Shown here in pieces: positions 38,956-52,564 of a stretch of 64,000 nucleotides of DNA; within the stretch, counting starts at the first letter, position 1, and each line of letters starts with the position of its first letter. The DNA lies in assembly GCA_951406725.2 (NCBI GenBank), contig OX597814.1:223758001-223822000 (forward strand). The letters are read 5' to 3'. A model generated the notes under the pieces. The model worked only from the letters and a program-made list of their open reading frames with translations, did no database searches and was not told the origin of the DNA. The position numbers and the translations under genes were made by a program. Source of the stretch: Octopus vulgaris (taxonomy: Eukaryota).

Positions 38956-38962
<7 letters not shown>
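37976..38962. mobile_element. Penelope pLTR-like inverted-plus-tandem repeat cluster
   Basis: 37976-38160 is the reverse complement of ~38383-38567; 38249-38460 repeats directly at 38743-38962. Confidence 0.85.
38737..38811 (+). ncRNA. Type-I hammerhead ribozyme motif with fully canonical core
   Basis: TTCGG CTGAAGA GCTA [..TTATGTGA GTAAAA TTACATAA..] TAGC GAAA CAATTG TC CTGAA; GUC site; 5'-truncated copy at 38249-38317. Confidence 0.85.
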
Positions 38963-38999
<37 letters not shown>

Positions 39000-39006
<7 letters not shown>

Positions 39007-40200
39007 TGTTTTAAGTGGAATGTTGAAAAAAATTCATTGATTATTGACAGTGATGTTCATTAGATAACATTCAATACAAAAGCATTAAGATGAAAAGGGA
39101 GTTATGTAATGTTATATATTCCGATTGTTGATCAATAAATGAGTTGTTTTAAAATATGTATAATGTTTAACTTTGTAAGAATATAACCTATTGGAAATAC
39201 ATTATAATGTATAACAGAGGAGGATGTTAGATAATAGTCATTAGTGCAATTATATGAATATTTAAACATTTCGAGTTGGTCATTAGTACATTTCTCAACA
39301 GATTTTTCATTTGTAAACTATTGTTTTGTGACAGAGGTCAGATAAGTGAAATGTGGAAGGTACGAAAGACATTATGTTGATTATGTAATGCAACATTTGT
39401 ATATATAATTTAAAATCTAAGTCCGATGTTAGAGATCAATTGTCATAAGGTGGTCATATCGGTTAGATGTTATGTAATAGCGGTCAGGCAAGAAATGGAG
39501 GAAGAGATGAATCAGAATTTATAGTGGTTTGTGAGATGTATTCGGGTGCTAAAGAGAAATTATGCTCAAGGTCTAATGTAATATTAAGGTGTATGAAGTA
39601 AAATGTATACTAGATAGCAGATATTTCATGTTATACGATAAGTGCCAGTTATTTTTGGATTACAGAAGAGTCTTGAGTTTGTGTATTATTGTGCCAAACA
39701 GAGAGGTAAGAACAATATTTGAAAGGGAGAATAAAGGAATATAACTTTGAGTTGATTGAAAGAAGTTTTGTCAAGATATTTGTTGTAGAGTTGCAATCAT
39801 TAGAGAATCGGACAAAACGTCTAGCAGTATTTCTTCAGACTTGTAACCACAGGGTGGATATTGGATTTTGAATGCAAAACGAGGCTGATCAGGTCGTAAA
39901 AGCAAAAGTAGGATGAGGCTAGCTCTACAATTTTCAAGTTAGAATCTATAGTAATTTGCAACCTTGTATTGTTAAAGAAGATATATAGGATATGTAGGTT
40001 CTTCGTAAACCTGTTAGTTTGTTGAGGATTTAGTTTCCTTAATGAAAAACATCCGATCTGCTTTAATGGGTGACAATTTAGATTTTAATTTAGTTAAAAG
40101 CTTTATGTCCATAATATCATTCTGGCCGTCGAATCATTAGCTCCTATGCTAACGTTAAACGGTACGTTAAACTGTTTATCCAGGTAGCTTGATCACATAG
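39000..40200 (-). pseudogene. Highly decayed Penelope-like element with GIY-YIG remnant
   Basis: Revcomp near 39600-39650 reads TGTYRIT*NICYLVYI, matching G.Y.I.C..C...YI. Confidence 0.5.
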
Positions 40201-40221
40201 CTATATATATATATATATGTG

Positions 40222-40426
40222 TGTGTGACCTCGTGTGTACCGTTGGCGATTTTTTTTCATCTGTCTTCCCTTCTCTGGATCTTTCCTTCTCCTATGTTTC
40301 CGACGAAGAGCTCCGCTCGAAACGTTAAACCCTCCTTCTTTCCTTCTTTCCTGAGCGTCCAATAATACTATATTTGTTCCACGTCCTAGCGTTGCTGTGT
40401 TTTTTTTTGTGTTGTCTTGTTTGGAT

Positions 40427-40432
<6 letters not shown>
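40222..40432 (+). mobile_element. Short element family H2
   Basis: Near-identical to 30475-30682; (TA)n flanks. Confidence 0.85.
40296..40330 (+). ncRNA. Ultra-minimal hammerhead motif (35 nt)
   Basis: GTTT CCGACGA A GAGC TCC GCTC GAAA CG TT AAAC; stem III is the palindrome AACGTT. Confidence 0.7.
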
Positions 40433-40463
<31 letters not shown>

Positions 40464-40997
40464 ATTACTTTATATAATTAGGGTTCAACAAAAAAATGTT
40501 CTTTACTACATATCGAACTTTTAGAAATAACAGTCAAAGAATTTAGCTATTTTTTCTACTATAAGAAGAGTCTCTCATACAATGTATACACAAAAACAAT
40601 TCACGCATGCATAGAGGGGAAAATAACGAAAGTTCACTCGAAATTTGATTACTTCTGAACGCATTTCTGGGTTAGTCAGATATAGAGATGCTAGAAATAC
40701 ATCCCTATTCTAACATTCCCGTCATCAGCACAAAGATTTCATTAAATTTAAATTTGAGAGCACTAAAAATCGAACATACTAATCTGATTTGAGTAACCTC
40801 AGGCAAACCATCTTCGACATCCAGTACTAACGGATTCAAAACATACGAATGAGGCTCCGCATCCTCCCCTGTCCACCCACGTGAGTTATAGAGCAACAAA
40901 TTCCTACAGAAGAATCTGTAGTTTATTATCAGGGAGAGAATTATATTGTCAATAATAATAATTATTATTGACTATATGTATAGAGAGAGATGGCCAC

Positions 40998-41056
40998 ATA
41001 ACCGAAGAGATGGTGTTGTGGATTTCCACTTCGGCATCTGAAACTCAGAGTTTTAT
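40998..41056 (+). ncRNA. Hammerhead motif (CCGAAGA core)
   Basis: ATAA CCGAAGA GATG ..GTGGA TT TCCAC.. CATC T GAAA CTC A GAG TT TTAT. Confidence 0.65.
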
Positions 41057-41595
41057 TTTGACTATTGAGTAATTGTAACATATTATTTTACATATACATA
41101 TATATATATATTACAAGGATTGATAATGGTATTAATTTCTAGGTTTTGATAGCAGCTACTTGTTTAGCGAAATTCAAATTCAGAGTTTCATAAAGGTGGA
41201 GAGATGAATTAAGTAATACTTTCTAATAGCAACTTTTAGAAATTTTGAATTTATTTATATTTAGAATAGAAATGAACCACTGTATAATGGCTGAAGTGTT
41301 ATTCTACAGTCGTAGACTAGACTGTAATTATAATATAATCTAACACATATTTATTTAGGACATCAATGTTTGTTTTGATAAGGTGGACTAATCTAATACA
41401 ATCATTGTGAGTAAATTCATTGTTATGACCTTCCAATATAGAATGTCTTCTTACAATCGTTCTAGCTTTAATTTTTTTCTTGATCAGTCACTTATGCTTT
41501 CTTTTATCTTTTTCCTATAATATTTTTCAGTTTAGGTACAAGACCATCAATTTTAAAGAGAAGTGATTAATCGAGATCATTGACTCAATATTTAA

Positions 41596-41816
41596 CCCTT
41601 TAGTGTTTCAACCGGCCATATCAGGCCATAAATGTCTTCCTCTTTTATGCTCAAGCCAGCCAGCTCTGACCTCTCGCACCTACACTACTAAGCCATTTTA
41701 AAAAATAAACAGGGACATCATCAAAATCTCAGAGTTACAAGATGCTGTACAATTAATTTAAAACAATGTGATTAAACAGGCTTTACATTTGACAGATTAA
41801 TCTGAATGTTAAAGGG
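41596..41816. mobile_element. piggyBac-type MITE
   Basis: TTAA|CCCTTTA...TAAAGGG|TTAA; it interrupts a decayed Nin-domain SINE. Confidence 0.75.
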
Positions 41817-42391
41817 TTAAGTGTTACTGTATGTTATCAACGCCGGATTGGATGGAAGGTGAATGTAACTTCGGTGAGATTTCACACAGAACGTAAAGGG
41901 CCGAGAGAAATGTCACGAGGAATCATCTTCGATACTCTAACTATTCTGACGGCTCTTCGCCTTCTATTTCACATAACCAATTAATTTCTTAGTCTTTGTC
42001 ATTGTCAATTATAGAATTCGACAGATATCTATACTTGGTGGTTTTACACCTTTAAATAATTGGAGAAGTATATTTTTTAGGTTGGCATTTAATGATCTTT
42101 AAACTATATTTGAGATAGTTGTTATTATGTGTTTGATACTTCTCGTATGAGAAAGCTCTTCATCTTAATCTTTTGATAAAATTATCTGTTTCCTACAATA
42201 GACTTTTGCTGTTTTGTGTTGACTCTCTTTACTTTACTATTTCAACAATTTTCAGTTTTGTTAAGTTATTGTTCATAAAGTGCACGATACACCGGAACAT
42301 TACACACAAGAGCATATATTTGTTTGTTGGAATAAAAACTGAATAAACTCCAAATGAAATAAAGAACTCAGTTTCAAGTTAGAATATATAT

Positions 42392-42604
42392 TGGTTTCAA
42401 TGTTTGGCACAAGGCCAGCAATTTTAGAGAAGAGGGGTTAATCGATTACATCTACTTCAGTGCTCAGCTGGTACTTGTTTTATAAACCCTATAAGGATGA
42501 AAGGTAAAGTCGGCTATGGCAGAATTTGAAATCAGAATGTAAAGACGGAGGAAATGCGGTTAAACATTTCGCCCGACGTGCTAACGATTCTGCCAATTCG
42601 CCGA
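42392..42604 (-). mobile_element. Nin/Deu-domain SINE
   Basis: Collinear reverse complement of 3613-3792. Confidence 0.8.
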
Positions 42605-42624
42605 TAAATACCGTAGATACATTA

Positions 42625-43440
42625 GCGTAGGTGTTCTCTTTTTCACTGATCTTCAGCTTTATGTTAACATCGACTGGTCACTTAATTTCCACAACACTGC
42701 AAAGTTTCTCATCTCTATCCCAAATCCTTATATCAGCTGTGTTGTGCTTACATTTTATTGAAGACTTCACTGGGACATTCCATCAGAACTCCTTTTTTAT
42801 TATGAGTTGCTATGGCTTCTACCATATTGTGGGTTTTTATTTCTTTGTCCTCGGGGTTATCCTTCCGACGGCTTTCATTATAGAGTGTCTTAGCTACAAC
42901 ACCATGTCTCATCGGTAGACAATACTGTAATGACATTTTCGGACAACCGCTTATGATGTGGGTGATATCTTCAGGGTGAACTCCACAAAGTCTGCATCGG
43001 TTGTCACGTTTCACTGCTTTTCCTGCATCTGTATCCTTTTTGTGCATCAGGTACTTGGTTGATATTTCCTTTCCTGATTGCAAACGTATATCCTTCAAAG
43101 TGGGAGGTAATACTCCGGCTATTGGTCCATGATAAACTGCTTTGATGATCGATGTTACTATCATCACGAAGCTTTCTACTAACATATCCATGCATAGTCT
43201 TCTGCTCATATAAGCTCATCCTTTCATCAGATGATACGTTGCGGTAGAGTCGTGCGACTTCTTTGGGCATGTATTCTAGGTTATCAGTCAAAGAATGTTG
43301 CTCAAGGAGCTGCCTTCCAAGTCTTATGAGGTTTTCAGCCAGATGTATACAAACTTGGTCAAGAGATGCACTTCGACACTTGGTGGTTAAAAGTTGTTGC
43401 CGAAAGGATATGATGCGACATTCAAAGGCATTTGGATCGC
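42625..43440 (-). pseudogene. R4/Dong-like (restriction-endonuclease-type) non-LTR retrotransposon fragment
   Basis: CRLCGVHPEDITHIISGC (CCHC), RHGVVAK, then HNTADIRIWD...VVEIK (PD-D/ExK-like); frameshifts. Confidence 0.85.
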
Positions 43441-45558
43441 TATGTATGTATGTATGTATGTATGTATGTATGTATGTATGTACGCATATATGTAATGGGT
43501 CTCATATAGTATTGTTTGGCCAGAGGCTAGAGTAGAAGGCATTACACAAATTGCCACACAGTAGGAGTGAACCCGAAACCTTGTGATTGTGAGTCGAACT
43601 TCATACCCACACAGTCACACTTGTGCCTTTGGATATAATGAAGTTAAGTGTATATCTGATTGGAACACTATTGTAAATTAATGGTTTCTGTACGTCTTGA
43701 GAAAAAAAACTCGAAAAATTGTGAAACGAGCTTAGACAGTTGAGAAAAGAGGTACTCAATCTTTTTTGATATAGTTCTGTATATTATATCCGGTGTAGCA
43801 GACAAGAAGCAGAGAAAAATCTCAGTGACAACTTTTCAGAAAAGACAGTCTACAGAGACGACCTCACGACGAACAGTTTAAATATGTCACGCACAAGTTA
43901 AAAGTTTATAAGCCTAAATGTCAGAGACATATTCTTGTAATTGTTATTGCTATGTCGCTAGCGTTGTCGTTTTCATTGTTGTTGCTGTTGTTTTTGTTGG
44001 TTTTGTTAACGTTGCTACTGTTGTTATTGTTAATAAAATTGTAATTTTCCGGACTATTAACCTCAGCTTTAGAGTGTATAAATGTAATGTAGATGTAAAT
44101 ATTGTAAATATACATTCTGAAGATGTGGTTAATACTCCGGAAAATTACAATTTTAAGATAGATGTTGTTGGAAATAATCCAACGAATAAATACCATATAC
44201 ATTATATGCCCACCTCCGTTAGCTTGCACGACAGAATCTATTAAATAGAATTAGGATTCGATTTAAATTAAATTGTAGAACGAATATATTAAATGAGAAA
44301 TACAGAAATCAGCATCACGAGATTAACAGATGGAGTATACCCAGAAAAATTGTTGTACTTGTTGTTTATGTTAGTTACCACCTTGTGAGCATTGATCACG
44401 GGTCTGTACGGCCCTTATATTTTTCAAGTGTATATAGGACTACATTATCCGAGGCGATCTTCATATTTTTAAGATGGAGTATATTTCCGAAATATTTGAA
44501 CATGCATCCATTATATCTCGAAATTCCAAAAATACATTCTACACCTCGAACTGTTCCACATGACAAAATGCTCTTTGGTATTTCTTATATATATTCGTGG
44601 ATGGAAATGATTTACCAGAACTGAAAATCAAAAACAACGGAGTCACAGACATCAATAACACGTATGCTTATAATAATCACATTGTAGTACTCATCAATCT
44701 CCTTCTTATATGCTGACTTAATATTAGATCTATCGATTTATAATACGACTTGCCTGCTTTCTTGTTTCGTCGTAGCTTTTGAATATCATCTAACTGATCG
44801 AATCTGTCAAATAAATTCTAAGCTAATCCGTTTTGAAATCACAGTGATCTACATTGCCTGATGCTAATCTTCATACGTTTCGTAGTCTTAAGCGAATCAG
44901 TGATAAATCTCTCCCTCAGGATAAGATTCTAGTCTAATACAAGTTGATTTTTCGTTTCTTTCTTTTTAACACTGAATGTGTTGAACTCACCTCAGCCTTA
45001 AAAAGTAACTAAATAGCTAATCACTTGCCAAGTAATTTTGCTGCTGATGTTCCAAGGCTGGAACTCTGCCTGCAAAAACCAGCATCAAAATGTCTCTCAA
45101 CTCACATATTATTGTCTTGGAAACGGACATATGGTATAATGTGCTCACAGATAAACTGTTAAGCAACAAAAGGAATGGAATAGTCATAGTTAAACTGTTT
45201 TTTATCATAGGTCTGCTGAATCAGAGCTGACCATAGGCTAAACAACAATATCGCTACTGATGTCTGGAGTAACGAATTGTCCCTAAATTGTGGTAAATCT
45301 TTATGATGGCAGTATTCGAAAGTTAAGTGTCATGGAGATAGTGTCGAGGTCAGACTGTTATAAGAAGCCTCAAGGCAACTGTTTTACGTCTGCTACACAA
45401 TCTCTGATGATAGAATGATGTAACCTTACTGTGAAATAATTCTTTGCCTATCAGAAATTTTCATTAATGAAATACGCGTAAGAATGTATTAAATAAATGT
45501 AAAATATTATCTTGATGTGTGTGTGCGTAAAGATATATATCTACATCTATATACATAT

Positions 45559-45595
<37 letters not shown>

Positions 45596-46959
45596 TGTAG
45601 GTACATACATATGTATAATCCGGTGACATACATTGTCATTGGAACCTAGTATGGCGACCGAGAGGAAAAAGTGTTGTGCAAGTTTTTGTCGCTTAAATCC
45701 ATTGACGTACAGAAGTCACGCAATCATTTCATTTCTTAATTTGTTTTGAATTTTAGTAAGTCGTCTGGCGATGGATGCATGGTAATGTGTGAAAAGTTAT
45801 ATCCGCTCACATGCAAAGATGAAAGTAAATCAGAACAATCAGGCTGATTGAGAGAGACGCTTATCATCTGACGAGATGTGGCAATCATCATTCATCGTGT
45901 GTACATATGTATACACGCACACATATGATAGATAGATAGATAGATAGATAGATATGCATTTGTGTGTGTGTGTGTGTGTGTGTGTGTACTACAACCGAGC
46001 TGTTTTAATAAAGAGACAATGGAAGAGAGCTTACAATGAACTGTAAGGCCTGTAGCAGTCATGATCAATTCTTTTAGACTTTTGCATTGTTACTACAAAT
46101 GCTGTAAAATACAGACAGCAGGTCAATAGCATTGAGTAAATAAGTATCATGTTGCTGCAGGTAAAATACTGTTTAAAAAAAGTTACACATTCTGGAATAT
46201 TATTTGCTGTGCAAGCAAGTAAATAGTAGTTTCCATTAACTTTATTTAGATGCAGACTTTTTGTATTGAGGCAGTGTGTATCAATAGATCGTGTAAATAC
46301 CAGCAGATACAAAAAAAAAACAATTTAATTGTCATATAGACATCCGTAATACATAGTTAAATCATGATCGAAGAATCTGTCAACATAAGGGATTGCCTCT
46401 ACTGTTCAGTAGAAAGGGGAATTGGAAGAGTTCCTTAAGTACCTATATGATTGATTTTATCATCAGACTTTGTTGCCGTACCTTGGGAAAGAAACTTAAT
46501 TTTCCCTTATACGATCCACCTGGTATTAATCATAATTGGTGTTTTGTTTAATTGCAATAAGCGCCAATTAAAGTTGACTAGGGCTTCATCCAAAATACAT
46601 CAAAGCCCAATGACCAGAAACATTTTAAAGATTTCTATCGTTTAATCAGACGCTGGACTTCACTGGGAACATTCTCGTCTATCTCAGGCACAACATATAA
46701 ATATGTTAACTTTATCAGAACATTTTGTATTTGTAGAGCTGAAATCAAATCCTGCAATGTATAATGTCTTAAGTATTAGACTATCTGATTTATCATTTGC
46801 CTTATACACTCGACATAAAAACAAAAGAATACACCTTTGACATTTATACACTGTTGCAAGGAAACAACGTTTTACCTTAGAATTTCTCACAAAGTTACTA
46901 CATTTTTTGATTAAGGTCCTAAACTTAAAAAATTGTTCCATCCGGACCTCTAATTCTGT

Positions 46960-48370
46960 AACGTCGCTCCTACATGTTCTTCCTTGTCGTTACTTGCTCA
47001 TCCTTTCCCATTTCAAGAAACTACTTACATGATTCAATATTAAGATCCATTGCGAATTTTTTGGTGTCTTATATTTCCCCATAAACCCCTCTTCCGCTTG
47101 GGTCCCGCATGTTTTTATCCTTTGTCTCTGTATTTCTGCAATTCTTGGCCTTCCTGTGATTGTATCTCTGTGTCTGTGTGTTTATGCATTTGTGCGTCTG
47201 TGTGTTTGTTGACTGCAATTCTGCGTGTTCCATCTGTGTATCTATGCTTTTAGGCTTCTGTGAGTCTAAGTCATCTTGCATCTGCTTGTCCATACTTCTA
47301 TGCGTTTGTACGTCTGTGTGTTTGAGCGTCTGTGGGTCTGAAAGCTTATACACTTGTAAGTCCCTTACTGGCGATCCCACTGGTGAATCTTCCCCGTTTC
47401 TCGTCGTAGATTGGATTACCTCTTCCATTGCTTTGCACCTCCTCAGTTCCACCATCGGTGGTGACCTCCTCCTCTCTCCCTTTCCTGCTTTCACCTCTGC
47501 AGAACTCTCTGTTTCTGTCGCCTCTCTACCATTACATCCTCCTGAATACTATCCTCCATAATTTCCACTGCTACTCCTGGGCATTTCTTTCGCAAGTGCC
47601 CTCCTTTACCACATTCGCAACTCTTTGGGGTACCCCTCCAACATTATCTTCAGCTTCCCTTCATTTGGTAGCTCCAAAGTTTCAGGTATTTCGTTGTAAT
47701 ATTTCTGGCTCACTGCACAAAACATCTCTAATCTGCAGTCCACCCCCACTTCACCTGTTGGGCCCAGCTTATCATGCCCATTTTCACGTCCTCGCCCTCC
47801 TCCTTCTCTGAATAAAAAATCGCCGCTATTGTCCACTCTCGATCCAACCACGGTGGGGCTCTTCCCAACCTAATTCTTACAATTCGTTTATCCAAACAGT
47901 CTGGCATCAATGTCCATTCCTCTCCCTGCATCATCCCGATGGAGGACCTTTCCGCCCTCTCTTCTGATACAAAAGTTACCACTAAAGACGCACATCTCTT
48001 TCCTCTCATAAAGAACGCTATGCTGTCTCCTATCTGTCTTTCCAAAAATTCTTCTATTTCCTCCTGCGGCACTTCTTCAGTTCTTCTGCTTTTACTTGAA
48101 AATGTTCTGAATATTACCGTCCTCCTTTCCACTTTTGTTCCTTCCTCCTCTGGTAGGGTCAGTTTTATATTTGACCCCTCCCTCTCCACCACACTACTAC
48201 ACTTCTCTATCAGCTCACTTTTGCACTCTACCATCTCTTGCTTCAGCACACCTGGGTCCAGGGGAACTCGACCTCCAGCAGCTTCTGCCCAACTTCTCAT
48301 TATTCTCAGTTATTCACCACCTGCCAACAATAGTAGCTTCGCACAAAAGATTTCGGCTAGAGTTCTTCAA
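46960..48370 (-). pseudogene. Decayed LINE ORF1/gag-like region
   Basis: 190-aa ORF 47728-48300 (RIVRIRLGRAPPWLD), then a zinc-knuckle remnant CECGKGGHLRKKCP near 47575-47620. Confidence 0.6.
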
Positions 48371-48539
48371 AAGACAACTGGAAAAATGGCTTGGTAGCTG
48401 TCGATGCTTATTCGCCTTTGAAAACATACATATTTCAAGTGAAATACATTCACTGATTTCTAAAATAGAAATACTGCATTTCTAAATCTCTCAGAGAGAT
48501 TTATATAGTAGCAGCACAATAAGGTGATGTTATGATGTT

Positions 48540-48582
48540 ATTTCAAGCGATATTGGGGACAAACACAAACACATAAACACAT

Positions 48583-48654
<72 letters not shown>

Positions 48655-48818
48655 GATGGGCGCTTCTTTCAGTTTCCGTCTACCAAATCCACTCACAAGG
48701 CTTTGGTCGGCCCGAGGCTATAGTAGAAGACACTTGCCCAAGGTGCCACACAGTGGGAATGAACCCGGAGCCATGTGGTTGGTAAACAAGCTACTTACCA
48801 CACAGCCACTCCTGCGCC
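48540..48818 (-). mobile_element. SINE family A, 5' half
   Basis: Near-identical to 37610-37826. Confidence 0.9.
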
Positions 48819-48852
<34 letters not shown>

Positions 48853-48979
48853 CATACATACATATATATATATATATACATATACATACATACATATATA
48901 TATATATTGCTTTTTTTCTTTCGAAAAAGTTTTTTATTCGATTGCTTGAAAGTGCTCAGATTGAACCCAAGACGTTAGA

Positions 48980-49670
48980 CACTATAACTTGGTATAAGAA
49001 GAGACAAAAATTTAGATAATCAATTATATTTATGATTTTCATCAACATAATAAATAAATATATACATAGATATAACATGAAATTACAAGACAAAGCACTA
49101 TCTGTTACTATCTGATGGCGTAGCTGATGACTAACGTAATGTAACCGAACATTTCCTTCCTTCCTTTCCTTTCTCTTAAATGTCTTCAAACTTGATTAAT
49201 TATCTATTTACTTATTCTTGATGAAGGGGACATGTCAGTGTGAATCTAAATGATTCATACCAGCTGACTAATGGACTCCAGAAACGGCAGTTAAATTGCT
49301 TCATATTGACGTTTAACCCTCGATAAAACATTTCTTCGGAACTCTTCTAAACTTTTCAATCCATAATTAGGATTTCCCACCACTGCCGCCGATGTATGTT
49401 ATATCCATATTTCAAAGTCCTTTAATCTTAAATTTAAATTTAATATGATTTTTAATCGATATATCAACCTTTATTTATTTACCCTTTTCATGTACATTTT
49501 TACCTCTTATAACTCTTCTCTCTTTCTAAATAATATATAGATATGTTCTTCGTCTTGCTGTAACTTTATGTTATATCTATGTATGTATTTATGTATTTAT
49601 TATGTTGATGTAAATCATAAATATAAATGATTATCTAAATTTCTGCCTCTTCTCATACCAAGTTATAATG
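48980..49670. mobile_element. Inverted-arm element with decayed hammerhead motif (49214-49296)
   Basis: 48980-49084 is the reverse complement of 49560-49670; TTGATGA AGGGG..GTCAG TGTGAATC TAAAT GATTCATA..CTGAC..CTCC A GAAA CGGCAG TT. Confidence 0.7.
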
Positions 49671-49871
49671 TATGTGTTTATGTATATCATTATTCAGTTT
49701 ATTTCAAGATTTCTTGCCAATAAATAACGGGTTTCTAACCTAGATCCAAGGATCCTTCATTGGAATTTCAACATCAACAACAGGGTATGTATGTATGTGT
49801 GTATGCATGTATGTGCAGATTTGTGTGATTTATGTATATATTCTCATGCATATAGTTGCATATCTAGACAT

Positions 49872-50133
49872 GAAAATATAAATAAATGCGCCCTTTTAAA
49901 GCCTAGCCAGGCTCATGGGCCCGGTTTCCCTGTTTCAATGGCGTATGTGTTCCCCAGCTGGACGGGAGGCCAGTCCATCGCAGGGTTACTCATTTTTGCC
50001 AGCTGAGTGGACTGGAGTAACGTGAAATGAAGTGTTTTGCTCAAGAACACAACGCGTCGCCCGGTCCAGGAATCGAAACCATAATCTTACGATCATGATG
50101 CTGACACCCTAACCACTAAGTCACGCGCCTCCA
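49872..50133 (-). mobile_element. Full-length SINE family B with 13-bp TSD
   Basis: Flanks CATATCTAGACAT / CATATCCAGACAT. Confidence 0.92.
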
Positions 50134-50553
50134 CATATCCAGACATATTTAAATGATAAACTTCTGGAAAGTTTTACAGATTTTTACAGTTCCCAAGATG
50201 GATTGGATCTGCAGTCTTTGAATTAGTTTTCTCCTTTCTGGTTTTGAGAAGCCTAATTTTTCAAAATTGGTATTTAGGCAGTGTGTTACTGCCTAAATAC
50301 CAGAGCCCCAATAATTACAGGTATAAACCTGAACTTGTAATATATGTACGCACGTAAGTATGTATGAATGTATGTACACACACACGGTACGTACACATTT
50401 ATACGTTAACATATGAATGCATGAATGAACATACGTTCACCGATCGTCCACATGCACACGCAGCTATAAATGTATCTTAAATACGTTCGCACACGCACGC
50501 GTATGCAGCATTTAACGCTCAGTTATTTTTGCACACGCGTACACATACGTACA

Positions 50554-50590
<37 letters not shown>

Positions 50591-50591
50591 G

Positions 50592-50632
<41 letters not shown>

Positions 50633-50634
<2 letters not shown>

Positions 50635-50859
50635 GGAGTAAACACATAAATGTGAAACAAGGTGGAAAAAAAGAGTACTCAAATACCAGTGGTAGAGTAA
50701 TATGCTTTATTTAAAGCAGCAGAAAATTCAACAAAACCTGTTACTCTGTGAGTTTCCCGTTGCCGTTCATCAGACAGTTTTTGCTAGCAAAAACTGTCCG
50801 ATGAACGGCAAAGAAACTCAGAGTACAGTTTTGTTGAATTTTCTGCTGCTTTAAATAAA

Positions 50860-50860
<1 letters not shown>
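50633..50860. mobile_element. Fold-back element family H1, second copy (opposite orientation)
   Basis: Arms 50705-50784 and 50785-50860 around the palindrome centre TTTTTGCTAGCAAAAA; (TA)n flanks. Confidence 0.88.
50738..50777 (-). ncRNA. Minimal hammerhead ribozyme motif with canonical CUGAUGA core
   Basis: Revcomp CTGT CTGATGA A CG GCAA CG G GAAA CTC ACA GAG TA ACAG; the partner at 50794-50828 (+) has small deletions. Confidence 0.8.
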
Positions 50861-50904
<44 letters not shown>

Positions 50905-50918
50905 CATACATACATATA

Positions 50919-52177
50919 CTAGCTGAATAACGCGTCGTTGCCTGGACAGATTTGGGCAATTTTTCGCAAAAACTTCGTTGAGGTTATTTTACCTTTTAAA
51001 ACTATTTACATGTCTGTTCAACTGTTCCACATTATTTTATTCATTAAAACTTATTAAAACTTCATAAATTCTAACAGCTTTGTTCGACGTAATGCTCTGC
51101 TTTCGTTTGTTTGGTAAAAATTCCTCCTCGTAATGATTTTGCCTTCATTTTGTGATAGACAGCTTTCATGCAAAAAATGTCAGCTTCCTTATCCTGCCTT
51201 TTGATTAGGTAAAACTGATAAAACTTCAATCCTCAGTAAAATTTTCCTGCAATTTTTCTGGAACAAATAAATAACAAAATCGGATTTAACGTGGAAATTT
51301 ATTTCAATATACCAAATCTGAAAATTTTGACGTAATTTTAATATTTTACAATATGTGACAGCAACAGGGAAGTAGAGGAACAGACAATTATAGGACGCCA
51401 CACATACGAATACACACACAACCACACACAAACATTGAAACACATACAAACACTGAAATATATACACAAACATTTACAAACGTACTTGCATATAATCACG
51501 AGTTTGAAATAGTGTATACTAGACATATGTATGTATGTATGTATGTATGTATGTGTGTGTGTATGTATGTATGCATGCATGCATGTATGTATGTATGTAT
51601 GTATGTATGTATTATGTATGTGTGAGTGTTTCTTTGCGATGGGCAGCAGAAAAGCCACCTACACCCTCTCTCCTTAAAGCTACGTATTCCTCACACCCTC
51701 CTTTCTTTCCCTTCCTCGGCGTTTAAAAAGTTAGTTATGTATATGCGCATGTGTGAGTAGTGTGTGTGTGTGTGTGCGCATGTTTGTTTGTGTGTATGTA
51801 TGTATGTATGTATGCATGTATCTATTTATTTACGAAATATCGGTGAATGACAGCTGTATTAACGTTACCATCCTACTGCCACTCTATATTTGTCGCTTAC
51901 ACAATGCTGGTCTCCCCTTCCTTGATATCAGTCACACTCACTATGCCACCATATTTTCCTCACACTAACACTCTTTGAACCCTTCTCATCTTGTCAAATA
52001 ATATTCCAACACCCCTAGGGGCCCGTAATAGATATTTATTGAAATCCAATTAGCCTGTTATTGAGCTGGATGTTAGTTTAGCATGTATGCAAAGCTTCGT
52101 CAAAATTGGTTCACTGATGTAGATAGCAAGATAGTAACAGACAGATCGACAGACAGAAATTGCCATTATGTATAAGA
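50919..52177 (-). mobile_element. Old non-autonomous Helitron-like element
   Basis: A|CTAG-CTGAATAACGCGTCGTTGCC left end; GACAGACAG...TATAAGA|T right end. Confidence 0.5.
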
Positions 52178-52337
52178 TATATGTGTCGCCATATTCCCTT
52201 CCATATCGGCTAACAGTGATGAGCATAAGGTTATGTAATCGGATTGTTATTAACACTGCATTGTATTCCTTGCGCGAAACCGATTAGTAAGATCAGCTAT
52301 GATGGATATATAATACTATATATATTTAAATTGTTAC

Positions 52338-52371
<34 letters not shown>

Positions 52372-52503
52372 ATGTGTGTGTGTGTGACAGGTGTGATGAA
52401 TAAGATGCCCACTATGTTGACAGATATTACAGGTGCATCTTTTCCCTGACTTATGATCTCTTAGACTCACGCACGTATATCACACACACACATGCATACA
52501 TAT

Positions 52504-52564
<61 letters not shown>

